DNA of 63,930 nt, filler included, from Reticulomyxa filosa (lineage: Eukaryota; Protista; Foraminifera), in assembly GCA_000512085.1 (NCBI GenBank). It is 20 parts of 20 records of this genome, joined end to end, with 100 filler letters (N's around TTAATTAATTAA, not from the genome) between each part and the next. Parts side by side here need not be neighbours in the genome. Positions count along the whole stretch, not along the records: positions 51,488 to 54,138 come from ASPP01019613.1; positions 54,239 to 56,229 come from ASPP01041626.1; positions 56,330 to 58,951 come from ASPP01007371.1; positions 59,052 to 60,055 come from ASPP01049692.1; positions 60,156 to 61,247 come from ASPP01025608.1; positions 61,348 to 62,830 come from ASPP01044868.1; positions 62,931 to 63,930 come from ASPP01041344.1; 13 more parts are not named here. The stretch is one strand, 5' to 3'. The translations under genes and the position numbers were made by a program. Positions 51,788-63,930 of the stretch are shown here, in pieces. Positions within the stretch are counted from its first letter, which is position 1. Each line of letters opens with the position of its first letter. The notes beneath the pieces are model-generated. The model ran no database searches. It saw only the letters and a program-made list of their open reading frames with translations, and was not told the origin of the DNA.

Positions 51788-52120
51788 ATGTCTAAGATTA
51801 GTGTCGAAAGAATTTGTGAAAAACTGTTGATGTCGACGAAGATATTCGTCGTATTGACAGCAACACAAAGCAAAAGTCTGTAACAATTGTCCGACATTGT
51901 CCTGTTGTTCCAAATTGCAGCGATCTTGTCACCGAAGCATTTGGACGTCAGGAACATTGAGTCGACTCCACACAATGGTTTTGCCAAGATTGGTAACTTG
52001 AAGAAGAAGCTAAAAGATGCCCCAGAATGTCTTCATGCGAAAATTTTGAGCGCGATCTATGTATGTTCAAAGATAACATTGGACTGCATGTGCTGGTATT
52101 TGGCCAACAGCCTAAAGGTG
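51788..52120 (+). pseudogene. Decayed Hook-like N-terminal (CH-type) domain gene
   Basis: LSDIVLLFQIAAILSPKHLDVRNIESTPHNGFAKIGNLKKKLKD resembles Hook-domain LSDG..L..V...IDP.......NW.LK..NLKKL. There is an in-frame stop upstream and decayed downstream exons. Confidence 0.4.
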
Positions 52121-54239
52121 TAATTTTAAAAAATTATTTTTTAATAAAAAATATTTTATTTAAAAAAAAGGATCAAAAACAAAAACAAATAACTCCGAAA
52201 TATATTTTGTATGATCAATTGAAATAGTGTTGTTATTTGTATCGATAAAGTCCGATTGCATGGAAAAAGCATTGTGAAAAAATATTAAATCGGACAAAGT
52301 GTTTTTGGTGATTATTTTGAACGACTTGACACGACGCAGTGCGTTTATGAATCAGAATGTCGATGTCCGAAATGACACATTATTGGCTACTGTTGCCATG
52401 AAGAATGTTAATGCAAATGTCGACAATACCAAGTTGATCGACTCGAAGTTTTTGTTACTGATCATAAAACGAGATTGGCACGCAAAATCCAGTAACACCA
52501 CTGCACCATCTGATCGATACCGAACGTCGACGTCAACAGCTGCAACAACAATCAAGTCAATGACTCAAAGTCATATTGTTGGTAAGTTGACAGTATGTGA
52601 CTGTAACATCTTTGTATAAATAAATAATTTGATGTTTTTGTTATTTTAAAAAATGTTAAACGAAAATCTCATTGGCTTAACTTAAGTAAAGTACCAACTA
52701 GCTTCTTGTCTGATGGGTTAGCCAGGCCCATGCACTGCCCTGGTAGAGACGCTAGTGTGGTACTGGGAGTTTTGCATGCTGTAAACATGCAGATTGAGCT
52801 ATAATGATAGGCTGCAACCATTGTGTTGTAGCTACTACGCAATGTTACAATATACCCTGCACTTGGTATGGCCACAGTTCCTTTGGTGCATGGTTTGCTC
52901 TAATAGAGACGTTAGCTGGTGCCATGCATTGGGGGGCTTGCACATACAAGAGTCTCGACGCAGTGATGTGTGTTCGAATCCAGCAGTCATCTTTTTTTGC
53001 ATAATTTATTTATTTTTTTTTTAAATCAATACTACTTGAATGGTCTTGTTGTGGTTCCAACATAGAGGTCATGTTCGCCAAGATATTGAAGAAAGCTGCA
53101 GCCAATTAAAAAAAATGGACACCAAGAAAAAGTAACGTACTGAAGCAAGATGAAACTGTTGCTTACGTGCGCGCATCCAAACATTGTCGAACTTGATATT
53201 GGAAAATTGTTTTGAGCTTATGAAATGCTTTTGGTAAAATGTGATCCAACACGCTTATGCTGCGTCAAAAAATATTTGAAGGCGTCTGCTATCCACAAAT
53301 ATGTTGTCCTTTTTCAAAGAATATGTGTTCGATCCTTGTTTCGGTCCTCAAAGGTTCTCAATGTCAAGGTCCAAAGTTTTGTGGTCACCATGTCTCAAGC
53401 AGCAACAAAGGACTACTAGTACGGTATACCAAACAAGTTTGAGTTGTTGTTTTTGGATTCAAACGTCGCGTCGTTCACGTTCGCCAAGAAAACAAACAAA
53501 AAAGGTGAAAATGAAGTCGTTTTAACACGACTGCAAGTATTGAAGTCTTTTTCATGTTTCCAATTTTTGGAGAATGTTTTTGTAACGCTCAATAAAGGAA
53601 CGTTGAAAAATAAATATTAATTTTGGTTGTATCTTTGTGTGAGTGTTCATTGGGACTTTAAAAAATAACGTGCAATTTGAACATCTTTCTCGAAATCTTT
53701 GACATTAACACGAATTGCACAATATACAAAAAAACGAAAAGTAAAGAAACAAAACTTTCATCTTTTTTTTTTGGTAGAACCTTTTCTCTATCATGCACCC
53801 ATTTTAACCCGATATTTTAAAATGTATAATGTTCCATTGGTGGATCACAATGTTGAAATAATTAATGGATTGAAAAGAAAAGAGACTCTGATTTTTACTA
53901 AATGACAAAATTTGAGCATGAATTGAAGAGAATAATTGGAGTAAAGTTTTTTTTTTGGACATGATACCAATCCTTTAAAAAAAAGAAATAGTATTTTATC
54001 CAGTCCCTCTAATGTAATTAGGATCATACTTAATACCATTTCTTTCTAATAATTTTTTAAACTCTTCAGGATTAGTTCTTTGTAATTGTTGTTGATATTG
54101 AAGTTCTCCATGTTCCCTATTAGAAGAAAGAATAAAAANNNNNNNNNNNNNNNNNNNNNNNNNNNNNNNNNNNNNNNNNNNNTTAATTAATTAANNNNNN
54201 NNNNNNNNNNNNNNNNNNNNNNNNNNNNNNNNNNNNNNG

Positions 54240-54880
54240 CTGTCAATAAGGCAAAAAATAATTTATAAACATGTTGTTTTCTATGTTTCAAACTGTTTAT
54301 TAAATATTTGAAAGTGGTATCTAAATGAGTTTCATCCAATTAAATCCAAATCTTTGTACATAATTCTTTGTACAGCCTACCTCTACTGTCTATTAATTTT
54401 TCCATTAAATGTTCGAACACAACACTCAATTGTCCTTGACTCAATATTATTAAAATTTTTTTAAGTAATTCTACATAATACAAACAAAAAATTTCGTTTA
54501 CCTTGCAATCCAACTGTTATTTATAAAGTTGCTTTTCATTCAATTTCCTTAAAATCTTTGCCGTAAGTTTACATCCACTTCGAACTGTATACATAAAAGA
54601 TGGATCTCGAATTTGAATAATATATTGTTGCACCCAAGTTCTTCGCCAATGAAGAATTTAATACATTCAAGGTTATCCATTAAATCTTTTTTCCATCGTT
54701 CTCGTGTTAGTAGTCGTTACTGTCCTTCATATGGTGATTATCTTCTGCATCTGCATAATATTATTTCCATTGCTTTCGAACTGTTTGCCATTGGCTGTTT
54801 TTCAAGATACACAAACGCATTGAAACTGCCAAACCTTCAGATTCTGTAACACTCAACCACACGATATCCACATATTATAT
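54240..54880 (-). pseudogene. Decayed HEAT-like helical repeat gene
   Basis: Remnant units such as VRSGCKLTAKILRKLNEKQL, with many stops and frameshifts. Confidence 0.33.
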
Positions 54881-55649
54881 ATATTTTTTTTAAACAAACA
54901 CACACAAAGAAAAAAAATTACCTAACAAATGTTGCAATCCCGCTCGGGAAAATCAATTTTTCAAATCAAAATAAAAAATAAAAAATTATATCACTTTTTT
55001 TCCTTTGCAAACTCTTTCTTTTTCTTTCTTTATTGTTTTCTTTTTCCTTTTTTCTTTTCTTTTTCAATATTTTTTTTTCCTTTTTCTTTTTTCTTTTTTA
55101 GTGTCCTTTTTTTTATTTATTTATTCTTTAATTTTTTTTCTTATTACTACATTTTTTTTTTTTCTTCAATCCTTTTTTTTATTATCACATTTCCCCCCTT
55201 ATTCTCATTTTTTTCCAACCCCCCTTCCAAGAAAATACATAAACTACTACGTCTTTGTCACGTCGAACCTATTTGCACAAACAAACAAAGTTACATTTTA
55301 TAATTTTTTAAACAACAATCAAAAAAATATATTTATAACTATTATTTGGAACTTTGTCTGCATTCAATTTTTTTTTCCTGTTAAGACACTCAAAATTTTT
55401 TTTTTGTTTTAGGGAGGGGAAAAGATAAATATGTACATATATATGTTTTTTCTTTGAGGGGGAACCTATTGAATCACAAACACAACAACATCATATAACA
55501 AAAGAATATATTTACATATATAAATATAAAAATCACAAACTGTTCTTCCTCGTTGAGGACACGGGGTAAAGTTCAACCCATTATTCTTTTTTTCTTTTGT
55601 GTGAAGGGAAGGGGAATAGATGCTGTAACAATGCTTGAGGACGGACTTT

Positions 55650-56229
55650 GAATAAATTTGAAAGCGCAATTCGTTTTGCTTGGAGAGCTATACGTTGGAA
55701 ATGCAGAATTGATGAGACTGCATATATTGTTGATAGCCAAATTCGGCTTTCGCGTCATCGTGGTGCACAAGCCATTCATCAAATGTTATATTCTCTTCTG
55801 GCTGTCCAAATCATTTGCATACTCCATTCGACTGTTATGATCTTGTCATCAATATTACGCCCACTTCTACTTCAATACTCTCAAATACGCTATATATTTT
55901 TTTTTTTTAAAATCTATTTTAAATCAAACCCATCATAGATACAATCTTCCTCCCCCTTACTTTCTCTTGCTGTACGTAACCCTCTATTTTTTTTCATGAC
56001 ATTTTTTTTTCATTAGATCTTTCTATCCATGTTGTTTACCTGTATTTTGGTTCGGAGTATATCGATGATGTGCTTGAAGTTGGGAAAATATCCATGGCTG
56101 CATTTTTTTGTATAAATTCTTTTTGTGCTGCATTAGGATTATTAACATACTTTTGACAATACGTATACTTACGTTTTCCAATTGCAATGATGACGTTTGT
56201 GTTACGTTGTTACAGCCTTGTGGATATTG
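55650..56229 (-). pseudogene. Pseudogenised paralog of the 14860-15830 gene
   Basis: VFESIEVEVGVILMTRS*QSNGVCK*FGQ aligns with VCTSYEVEAGVMVMTSTLQLNGVCKLFEK. The upstream exon and the intron are also alignable. Confidence 0.65.
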
Positions 56230-56459
56230 NNNNNNNNNNNNNNNNNNNNNNNNNNNNNNNNNNNNNNNNNNNNTTAATTAATTAANNNNNNNNNNNNNNN
56301 NNNNNNNNNNNNNNNNNNNNNNNNNNNNNAAAAAAAGAGGTGCTTTTTAAAAAAAAATGTAGCACGAATTTTTTTTTTGAGCCACTTGCATCTCAATAAA
56401 AAGTGGCACAAGCAAACGACGCAATCATGTGGGGTGTTATTGGATGTATATATATGTAT

Positions 56460-57957
56460 TTATGATTCACTGTCAGATTGTTCATCAATATCATCATCTG
56501 CCCAGTTTTGAAGATTTGCATTTTCGTGCACCTAGTTTGTTTGTATTTTTACTTGGCTTAAATGAGGAACAAAAGAAGAAAAAAAAAAAAAAAAAAGGTA
56601 TATTGTTTGTAAAATACCAAACTTGGTTTAACCCCGACACTTGTTCGAGATAAGTAGGATTGTTGAACACTTGCAACAAGAAATCGAATCCTTCAGCCAA
56701 GTACTTTTCAACGATAATTTCAGAGCAGGCAGAGCAGTGTTCATATGCGGCGACACACAAGTGCTTGGTTTCATATGTGGACAAGGCTCCGCGTATTTGA
56801 TGAGGAATAAAGCCAAAGAACTGCTCTTTTTTGGACTCGTGATGCAAAAATTGCTCGGCTGAGATGTCACCGGGTGCATATTGCCTCAGCTTGTGCTGAA
56901 CAATTGAGACAAGTATTTCCACGGCAATGGCACTGGCAATGGATGACAAGCCAGGACGAGTCACGGTGCATTGTTGATCTAAAGTGCGATCCGATATGCT
57001 CTGCATATGTCCATATGTTATTCAAAAAGATTGATGTAAAAAATATATAAATATAAATAAATACATATTATATATATATACATATATATATATGTATATG
57101 TATATATATGTATATAAATAAAATGAATAACATCTCTCGGAGCAACCACATCTTGACAAAAATAGCATCCTAATCGCTGATAGTCTCTCATATGTTCGAG
57201 TGTCTCTTTTTTTTCCTTTCAACTGCTTTTTGTTCCGATTGATGGATTCCCTCTTGCGAATTGATAACGGTTACTTTTTCAACGACTTTTTTCAGCACAT
57301 TCAATTTGTCTGGCAATATGTTTCCATGTCGCATTACCACAAATGTGTCAAATCCCAGCGCGGCATTGATACAAATCTTAATTTGTTGATTATTGTAATT
57401 GTTGTTATTATCCTTTTCTTGTTGTTAAAAAAAAGGATATAATAATCAACTTTGCCATGTGTAATGGCAAGCAGCGTTGGCAACCAACGTGCCTCTCTTG
57501 AATCAGTGAGCAAAAAGATGGCATCGTGTTCTTGGATCAACTTCTCCAAAGCGTTGACAGCTTCTTGAGTCGATTTCAATTCTTCACTGCTGACAAAGTG
57601 TCCGGGCATCGGAATGGTTAACACCTCGCCACGTGCATTCTATTATTATTATTGTTGTTGTTGTTGTTATCATTATTGCTGTTGTTATCATTAGTGTTGT
57701 TGTTATTATTGTTATTGTTGCACTCCGTGCAATTACAACAAATGAATGTATACAAAATACGTACACACATACCACAGCAGGGAAAATTTTGTGCAATGCC
57801 TTGGCGGCAGCCGTCGCTTTCAACTGACTGGCTCCAACACAATCTTGGTGATAGAACAGGGACTGGCGAACTGGATTCGAGTAATTGATTGTGCCGTTAT
57901 CCACAAATGTTATATGACGAACGCCCCATCCCTTATATACATATATACATATACACA

Positions 57958-57996
<39 letters not shown>

Positions 57997-58932
57997 TGAT
58001 GAATTAGATATAAACACGGAGGTAAGAACATGACAATGTATCGTGTATTAGATAAACAACAGTGCAAAACTAGTAAATTCCTTGCGACATTGCATCCGAG
58101 AGTGCCGGCTCCGAGCAACAAGCACTTGAGCCCAAACAACTTTTCCAATTCCAGTTCAGGCACCATGCGCCATCGCATTAGTTTCAAGTTCAGATCCACT
58201 GACTCTTGCGCCAAACTGGAAGGATCCAATTGTTGAGTCAAGTCAAGTTTACGAGGACCCAATTTGTTTTTGTCGTTTCTTTCCCATCCAACGGCTCGAA
58301 TTTTTTGAATATCTTTTTTTTTTTAAGAGAGAAGGAGAGGATATAAAACAAAAGGGGGATACTTTTTATTATTAAATGTATTAAAAAAAAAAAAAAACAC
58401 CTTGAGAATTGTGAATCAAATCGTAATTCATGATATCATCGCCTCCAGTGATGGTGACTTGCAAAACAATGGAGTCGCACAATTGGTTGGGTACATTTCG
58501 AATGCAGAGAATGTCAATGCAAGTGACATTGAAGATCATACGTGCCATGAGTAGCAAGTTGCGGCAATGCCAACTGGGATAATGGGATAAAGACCCACCA
58601 TCCACATAGCATAGCAAAACTGGGGACGATTGAATATTTTTATTGTTATTATTATTATTATTATTATTATTGTCATTACGATTTCTATTTTTGTCAGTGA
58701 TCCCTTCGCTTTGCAAATCGCTACTGGAAAGACTGCCAATGCTACTTATGGAAGCAGAGCTGGTTATTTCGTCTGTCGTCTTGGTACTGCCGCTGTCGCT
58801 TGTGTTTTGTGAGCCAAAGATGTCTTTCCACTTGGACAAACTATGAAACGTGCAATCTCGACGTTGCAGCAAACATGCACTTTGTCGTGTCTTTTCCATA
58901 AATTCTTTCCAGTTTTGGACAATACTGCCAGT
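56460..58932 (-). CDS. ATG7: Ubiquitin-like modifier-activating enzyme ATG7, 5' truncated
   Basis: [83 protein letters not shown] (catalytic Cys), PHQIRG, CSACS. Confidence 0.96.
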
Positions 58933-59051
58933 CTTTGTTTTTTTTTTTTTTNNNNNNNNNNNNNNNNNNNNNNNNNNNNNNNNNNNNNNNNNNNNTTAAT
59001 TAATTAANNNNNNNNNNNNNNNNNNNNNNNNNNNNNNNNNNNNNNNNNNNN

Positions 59052-59940
59052 GGTTTGATCATAGGATCCAGAACAAATCTTGTGTCAATTACCATCAATC
59101 ATATTATTTTATCATTTTTGTTATTGTTTTGAAATGGTGAATAGTATTTTCATGCATATTTAAAACAAGTTTTGCAGTTGATTGTTCAATATTCCAAAAA
59201 CGGACAATTTTGTCATTAGATCCAGAACAAAGATATTTACCACTATCAAGAGGTGAAATTTCAACGCAAGTAACTCTGCCAGAGTGTCCTTTGAACAATT
59301 CGACACTTGATTAAGTTAATAATCCCAAAAATGAATAGAATTATCACCTGATGCAAAACAAATGACTTCTTGACGTTTATAATTATAGTGATATTTTGAA
59401 AAATTTTGTATAATATAATCTATCTTTATGCTTGCATTTTCCAATTTGTTTATTATTGTCAATATCACATACATAAATTGTACTATCATATGAACAAATG
59501 AATTGATTACGCTTAAATATCGTATAATCAATAAGCTTCACTAGATTGTCATGTTTAAAGACTTTATTGCGTTGTTGGTATGACGATCTATTTAAGTGCA
59601 TATGTACTATTGAATTGATTATCATTAATTTTACTTTCACACATTGTCTCAAATGCTTGTTTTGCAATTGCATTGTAAATCTTATAAAGAATGAAAAAAT
59701 AAACTTGTTGTTGGCTGGTATTTCTCGCATATCAAAGTTTTTGTTTACTAATTTAAAATGTATTTCCAATCAAATGTTGTTTTAAGTCTTTCTTCAGACA
59801 ATATTGTTTAAATCCAAATTGTTCAAATTAACAATTGGATAATTTTAATGTACATGAAGTAAGTAAATGTTCATGAATTCCTTTTAAAGTCTCAAATCGT
59901 CATAATATTTCATGTTTGTCTTTCTTCATGTATTATTTTC
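59052..59940 (-). pseudogene. WD40-repeat pseudogene
   Basis: FKGHSGRVTCVEISPLDSGKYLCSGSNDKIVRFWNIE and VICFASGDNSIHFWD, broken by stops and frameshifts. Confidence 0.7.
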
Positions 59941-61347
59941 AAATCTTGGTTGAATTGGTTTTGGTATATAATACAGTAAGATAAAAAAGAAAGTTCACAT
60001 AAAATGCCACCTTATAGAGACGATTGTGTTTCTCCATGAAAAAACAACATTTAATNNNNNNNNNNNNNNNNNNNNNNNNNNNNNNNNNNNNNNNNNNNNT
60101 TAATTAATTAANNNNNNNNNNNNNNNNNNNNNNNNNNNNNNNNNNNNNNNNNNNNTAAACTGGTAAATATGTATCAAAGAAGATAATCTGAACACAGCAA
60201 AGGAAGCAAGAAAGAAAAAAAAAAGATGATATTGATAATCATCAAAATGGAAAGCTGGCAAAAAGACGTCATCTAAATGATGACATTTCTAATATTGCGA
60301 AGTTAGAATGTCATTTCTGGTAGTTATTTTACGGCTTGAAAAGAGGGAGCCCTAACCACAAGGTGTTCAACACTAAGACAAAACACATTATTGGTTATCA
60401 TTTACAAATAGATGGGTTTGCGTCCAAAAAATGATTTGGAAGACTCAATAATCAAATGGGCATATCAAATGAAAGTCTGTGGATGTTCTCCAAAGAGGAG
60501 AGTGGAACGTCATATGCAATACAACGAAGAGGTCGGCATAGAAAGAGCCATCTTTGCACATCAGATAGACAAAGAGCATATAGTGATATATGTGTGTAAA
60601 CTTATCTCAATATCACAGATCGAAGCATCTTTAAGACATCTGATCACAATAAAAGAAGACAACACAAAATCGGCCACCATTGTACATGAGCCTTTTAATT
60701 AATTTTTATTTATTTGATTCAATTATTTGATTTTTGATTAATTTTTTTTTTTTTTGAATTGTAGTTTCTTTGATTTTTTATAATAATTTCAGCTCACATG
60801 TTATCTTTAATCAAATTATGCTCATTGTAAAAAATTTTTATATTCTAATATTTTAAATCTAAAAGAAAGTAGAAAATATCAGATAGACTCCATTTAGTTT
60901 TCACTTTTGTCTTTGAAAAAACTGATAACTGGAATTAATTGTAGGTGATAATATGCAATAGACTGATTTTGCTATTTTGTATTGTTTAGAGTTGGTGCCA
61001 AGAAAAAAAACAATAATAAATGCTTAAAGAGCCACGCGTAAGACTGTGCAGTGATAAACAAAAACATGATAGTACTAAAAAAAAAGTTAATACGTACATT
61101 AACATTAAGAAGGTTCGTTGTAACAATTGACCCCCCCACTGTGTGATGATTTTTTGTAATTCTACGTATCAATTATTATAAACTATCAATTTCGATCGAT
61201 GAGCAAAAGAAGGATATATGATCGAATATCTGATTTATTTATTTATTNNNNNNNNNNNNNNNNNNNNNNNNNNNNNNNNNNNNNNNNNNNNTTAATTAAT
61301 TAANNNNNNNNNNNNNNNNNNNNNNNNNNNNNNNNNNNNNNNNNNNN

Positions 61348-62830
61348 CCTTAAAGATATCAAAAACGAACTTACATTGAAAATACGCCTAGACAAATTGA
61401 AACAATTGTGTGATATTTTCTCTGGTTTTCCACCCATTTACAACCTCGCCTGCAGAAATTTGACAGATAATTTAATTAATTATGTGGAAAATACCAAAAA
61501 ATGCATCAGAAAGAATCAATTTGAGAAGATGCGACAAAATTTGGAGTCACTAGTAAAAATATTGTTTCTTCAATCCCATTTAGTCTCTACTTTAAATATT
61601 AAAACAGAAATAGAAAATGTGGAGACATCGTTGATAACCCATTTAAATAACGTGACGAATGAAGGACTTGCCGTGATCAAAAGAGCAGTGAAAGATGAAT
61701 CTGATTCTAAAAAAGAAAAAAAAGATGACAATTCTTCTTCTGTTCGAATTGATAAACTTGCCAAACCTGACATTGAATTGCTGGAAACAAATGTAATAAT
61801 ATTGGAAACAGCAATGAATGTATTTAAACCATCTTGTGAACATTTCAATCTTAGTAAACCAACAAAAGAATTATTCCTTTCATTTTTAAATGAAATAATT
61901 GTTTATTTTGATAAAATCAGTCAAAAAATAACATCTCTTTTTGAAAAACAAAGATATCATGCATTTGATGAAATCAAAGGATTTGTGAATATTATGGATG
62001 CTCTTCGAAAGATAAAGGCGGTTAAACAAAGAACACAAAGATCTTATTCCCAAATTATTGAAAGAATATTTGGATTTGTGAAGCAACAAACCGAAGCTGT
62101 TGACAGTGTAGTGAAAAATCGAACTGAACAGCTTGAAAAAGAGGCTATGACCAATTTGGTTGTTAAGCATTTGATACCTCAATTGTTGGCAATGAAGGAA
62201 ATATCTATGTATATCTTTAGCTTCAAAAATGTGGTGGACAAGCGCATTGACGAATTGCTTGGTGCTTACAAAAGACATAATAAAGGTGGTATGAGTATTT
62301 CATTGCTTGCACTGCAGCTTGAAAAGGAACCAAGTGGAATTGGTAAGATCATTGTTGCCGAACACAATGCATTCAAAGGATACAACGTGTCATTATTTAA
62401 TGTTAAAACTCAATCACATGGAATTGATTATATTTTGAAGAAAATTGAAACCAAAGGGGATAAAGTGGATGCTAGCAAATTAAAAAAAATATATGAAGAA
62501 TTCAATTCGCTATATCGCAAATTGGTAAAAGAAAATCTAACAGAAGATAAACAAAATGTGATCACATTAGTAAACAATACAAAAATGATTACTCGTGGTA
62601 TCGAACAAAAACCAGATAATGTTAATTGGAATTCAGCCATTCGAAATAAAATACCTGATTTAATGGCACACATTTTTGCATTATGGACACTCCAAAATGC
62701 ACAATTCTATTTTGATGCAAAAGGTATTGAAGGCCAAGAGTCTTATTTGTTGCAACCACACGCAGCCCAAGTCATTTCAATATTTCGAATGTTGAGAGTT
62801 GATGGAAAAAAATCAGGAATCAATAATTTG
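61348..62830 (+). CDS. Large helical protein fragment ending at the start of a probable SecA-like DEAD ATPase domain
   Basis: An open frame of about 490 codons with no introns. It ends ..LMAHIFALWTLQN..YLLQPHAAQVISIFRML..INNL at the contig break, where a TGEGKS Walker A motif would be expected next (Q-motif-like PHxxQ). Confidence 0.6.
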
Positions 62831-63005
62831 NNNNNNNNNNNNNNNNNNNNNNNNNNNNNNNNNNNNNNNNNNNNTTAATTAATTAANNNNNNNNNNNNNN
62901 NNNNNNNNNNNNNNNNNNNNNNNNNNNNNNAACAATTGAGTATTGGGTAGGAAAGGACGTTGATCTCGAGAAAATTTGAGAACCCCTACGTGTTTGTCGT
63001 TATTA

Positions 63006-63930
63006 TTATGTGTATTTGCATTTGTATTTGTTTAAATAAGCAGTTATCAAACCTGCAGCAAATTCAGTGAGAATTCCGTACTGATGGCTTTTAACAATCT
63101 CTTTCAAATGATCAATTGTGTAATTTTTGATTTTTACATTGTAATGTTCTTTCAACGTTCGAACAACGTCATCGCATTGTTTAACGACCTGTAAGAGTAG
63201 CAATCATTCAACACCACAATGTCGTTGTTGTTGTTGTTGTTGTTGTTGTGTTGTTTTTATTTTTTTTTTTTGCTTGTTGAGTGATCCAACAAAAATAACA
63301 AACTTGTGGATCTGCATCCGCAAACCAATCCCACCAAATTCCAACAGTGACATCAGACAACGCATTCGCGTTCTGAAAGCCATGAAAATGTTTGGGTGGA
63401 TTTGTTGCCGATTTACTCGTTTGAGAGACCACATTGTCATCCATTGCGCCACTGATCGCATAATACGTCAGCATTTGATCGCGTAGCGTCGTAGTGAGCG
63501 CACCTTTGTGCACGTGCGACCAGCATCCATAATCAACATGCGGAACACGTCCAAAGGTGGCGGACAAGCCTACAACTCCATTCAAAGAGCTTGGAATGCG
63601 AATGCTGCCACCTCCGTCCGCGCCCAATGCAACTGGAAGCAGACCCGCTGCCACGGCCGCTCCAGAAGCGCTGCTACTGCCACCTATTGTGTTTTAAACA
63701 CAAAGCCTTTACTGAAAAGCACTTTGAGCATTTGCAAATCCCCAAAAAAAAAAAAAAAAAAAGAGAATGGAAATGGACCAGCTTCTCTGTGTAAATCCTT
63801 GCCATAAGGATTGAAAATGTTTCCAAAGTTAGGATTCACCGAGCTGGCAACAATGCCAATTTCCTGCATGTTCAATTTCCCGAAAATGATAGCACCGAGT
63901 TTACGTAGACGTTCCACCACAATATCGTCT
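63006..63930 (-). CDS. Amidase-signature enzyme (fatty acid amide hydrolase-like), partial at both ends
   Basis: [66 protein letters not shown]. Confidence 0.92.

Noticed and set aside
54929-55412. Phe-rich membrane-protein-like ORFs
   Set aside because: Translation of low-complexity T-rich non-coding DNA.
60412-60702. Possible pogo/Tc5 transposase HTH relic (LEDSIIKWAYQMK..G)
   Set aside because: Only a short weak motif; no DDE domain or terminal inverted repeats visible.
13102-62930. Regularly recurring TTAATTAATTAA palindrome flanked by Ns
   Set aside because: Artificial six-frame-stop contig linker of constant 100-nt length; not a biological repeat or CRISPR.

Overview
This is eukaryotic, AT-rich, intron-containing DNA, not a prokaryotic locus. 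It is a concatenation of 20 short contigs joined by 19 artificial 100-nt spacers (44 N + TTAATTAATTAA + 44 N), so adjacency across spacers is not biological. The gene families (GWIDDF-type WD40 proteins, TRAF-like Zn-finger proteins, caspase-like and SecA-like proteins) and the homopolymer-rich introns suggest a foraminiferan such as Reticulomyxa filosa; this is an inference from recalled family patterns. Recognisable genes: HSDL2-like SDR, beta-ketoacyl-ACP synthase, P4-ATPase flippase, GH3 glycosidase, GSK3, USP47-like deubiquitinase, Mu-class GST, VPS26, WD40 protein, TRAF-Zn/Gly-rich protein, NDR kinase, TRAF+RanBP2 Zn-finger protein, ATG7 and an amidase. The window also holds two non-LTR retrotransposon pieces and several pseudogene relics (Hsp70, SecA-like helicase, WD40, Hook-like, HEAT-like). 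Most notable: (1) introns with inverted polarity (poly-U near the donor, poly-A before the acceptor) that could fold back on themselves; (2) the same ATG-less ORF1/ORF2 junction in two divergent LINE copies; (3) two pieces of a eukaryotic SecA-like ATPase family, alongside caspase-like, SAM and TRAF modules; (4) a PTS2-like signal on an HSDL2 that lacks SCP2. All calls come from manual reading and translation; no searches were run.
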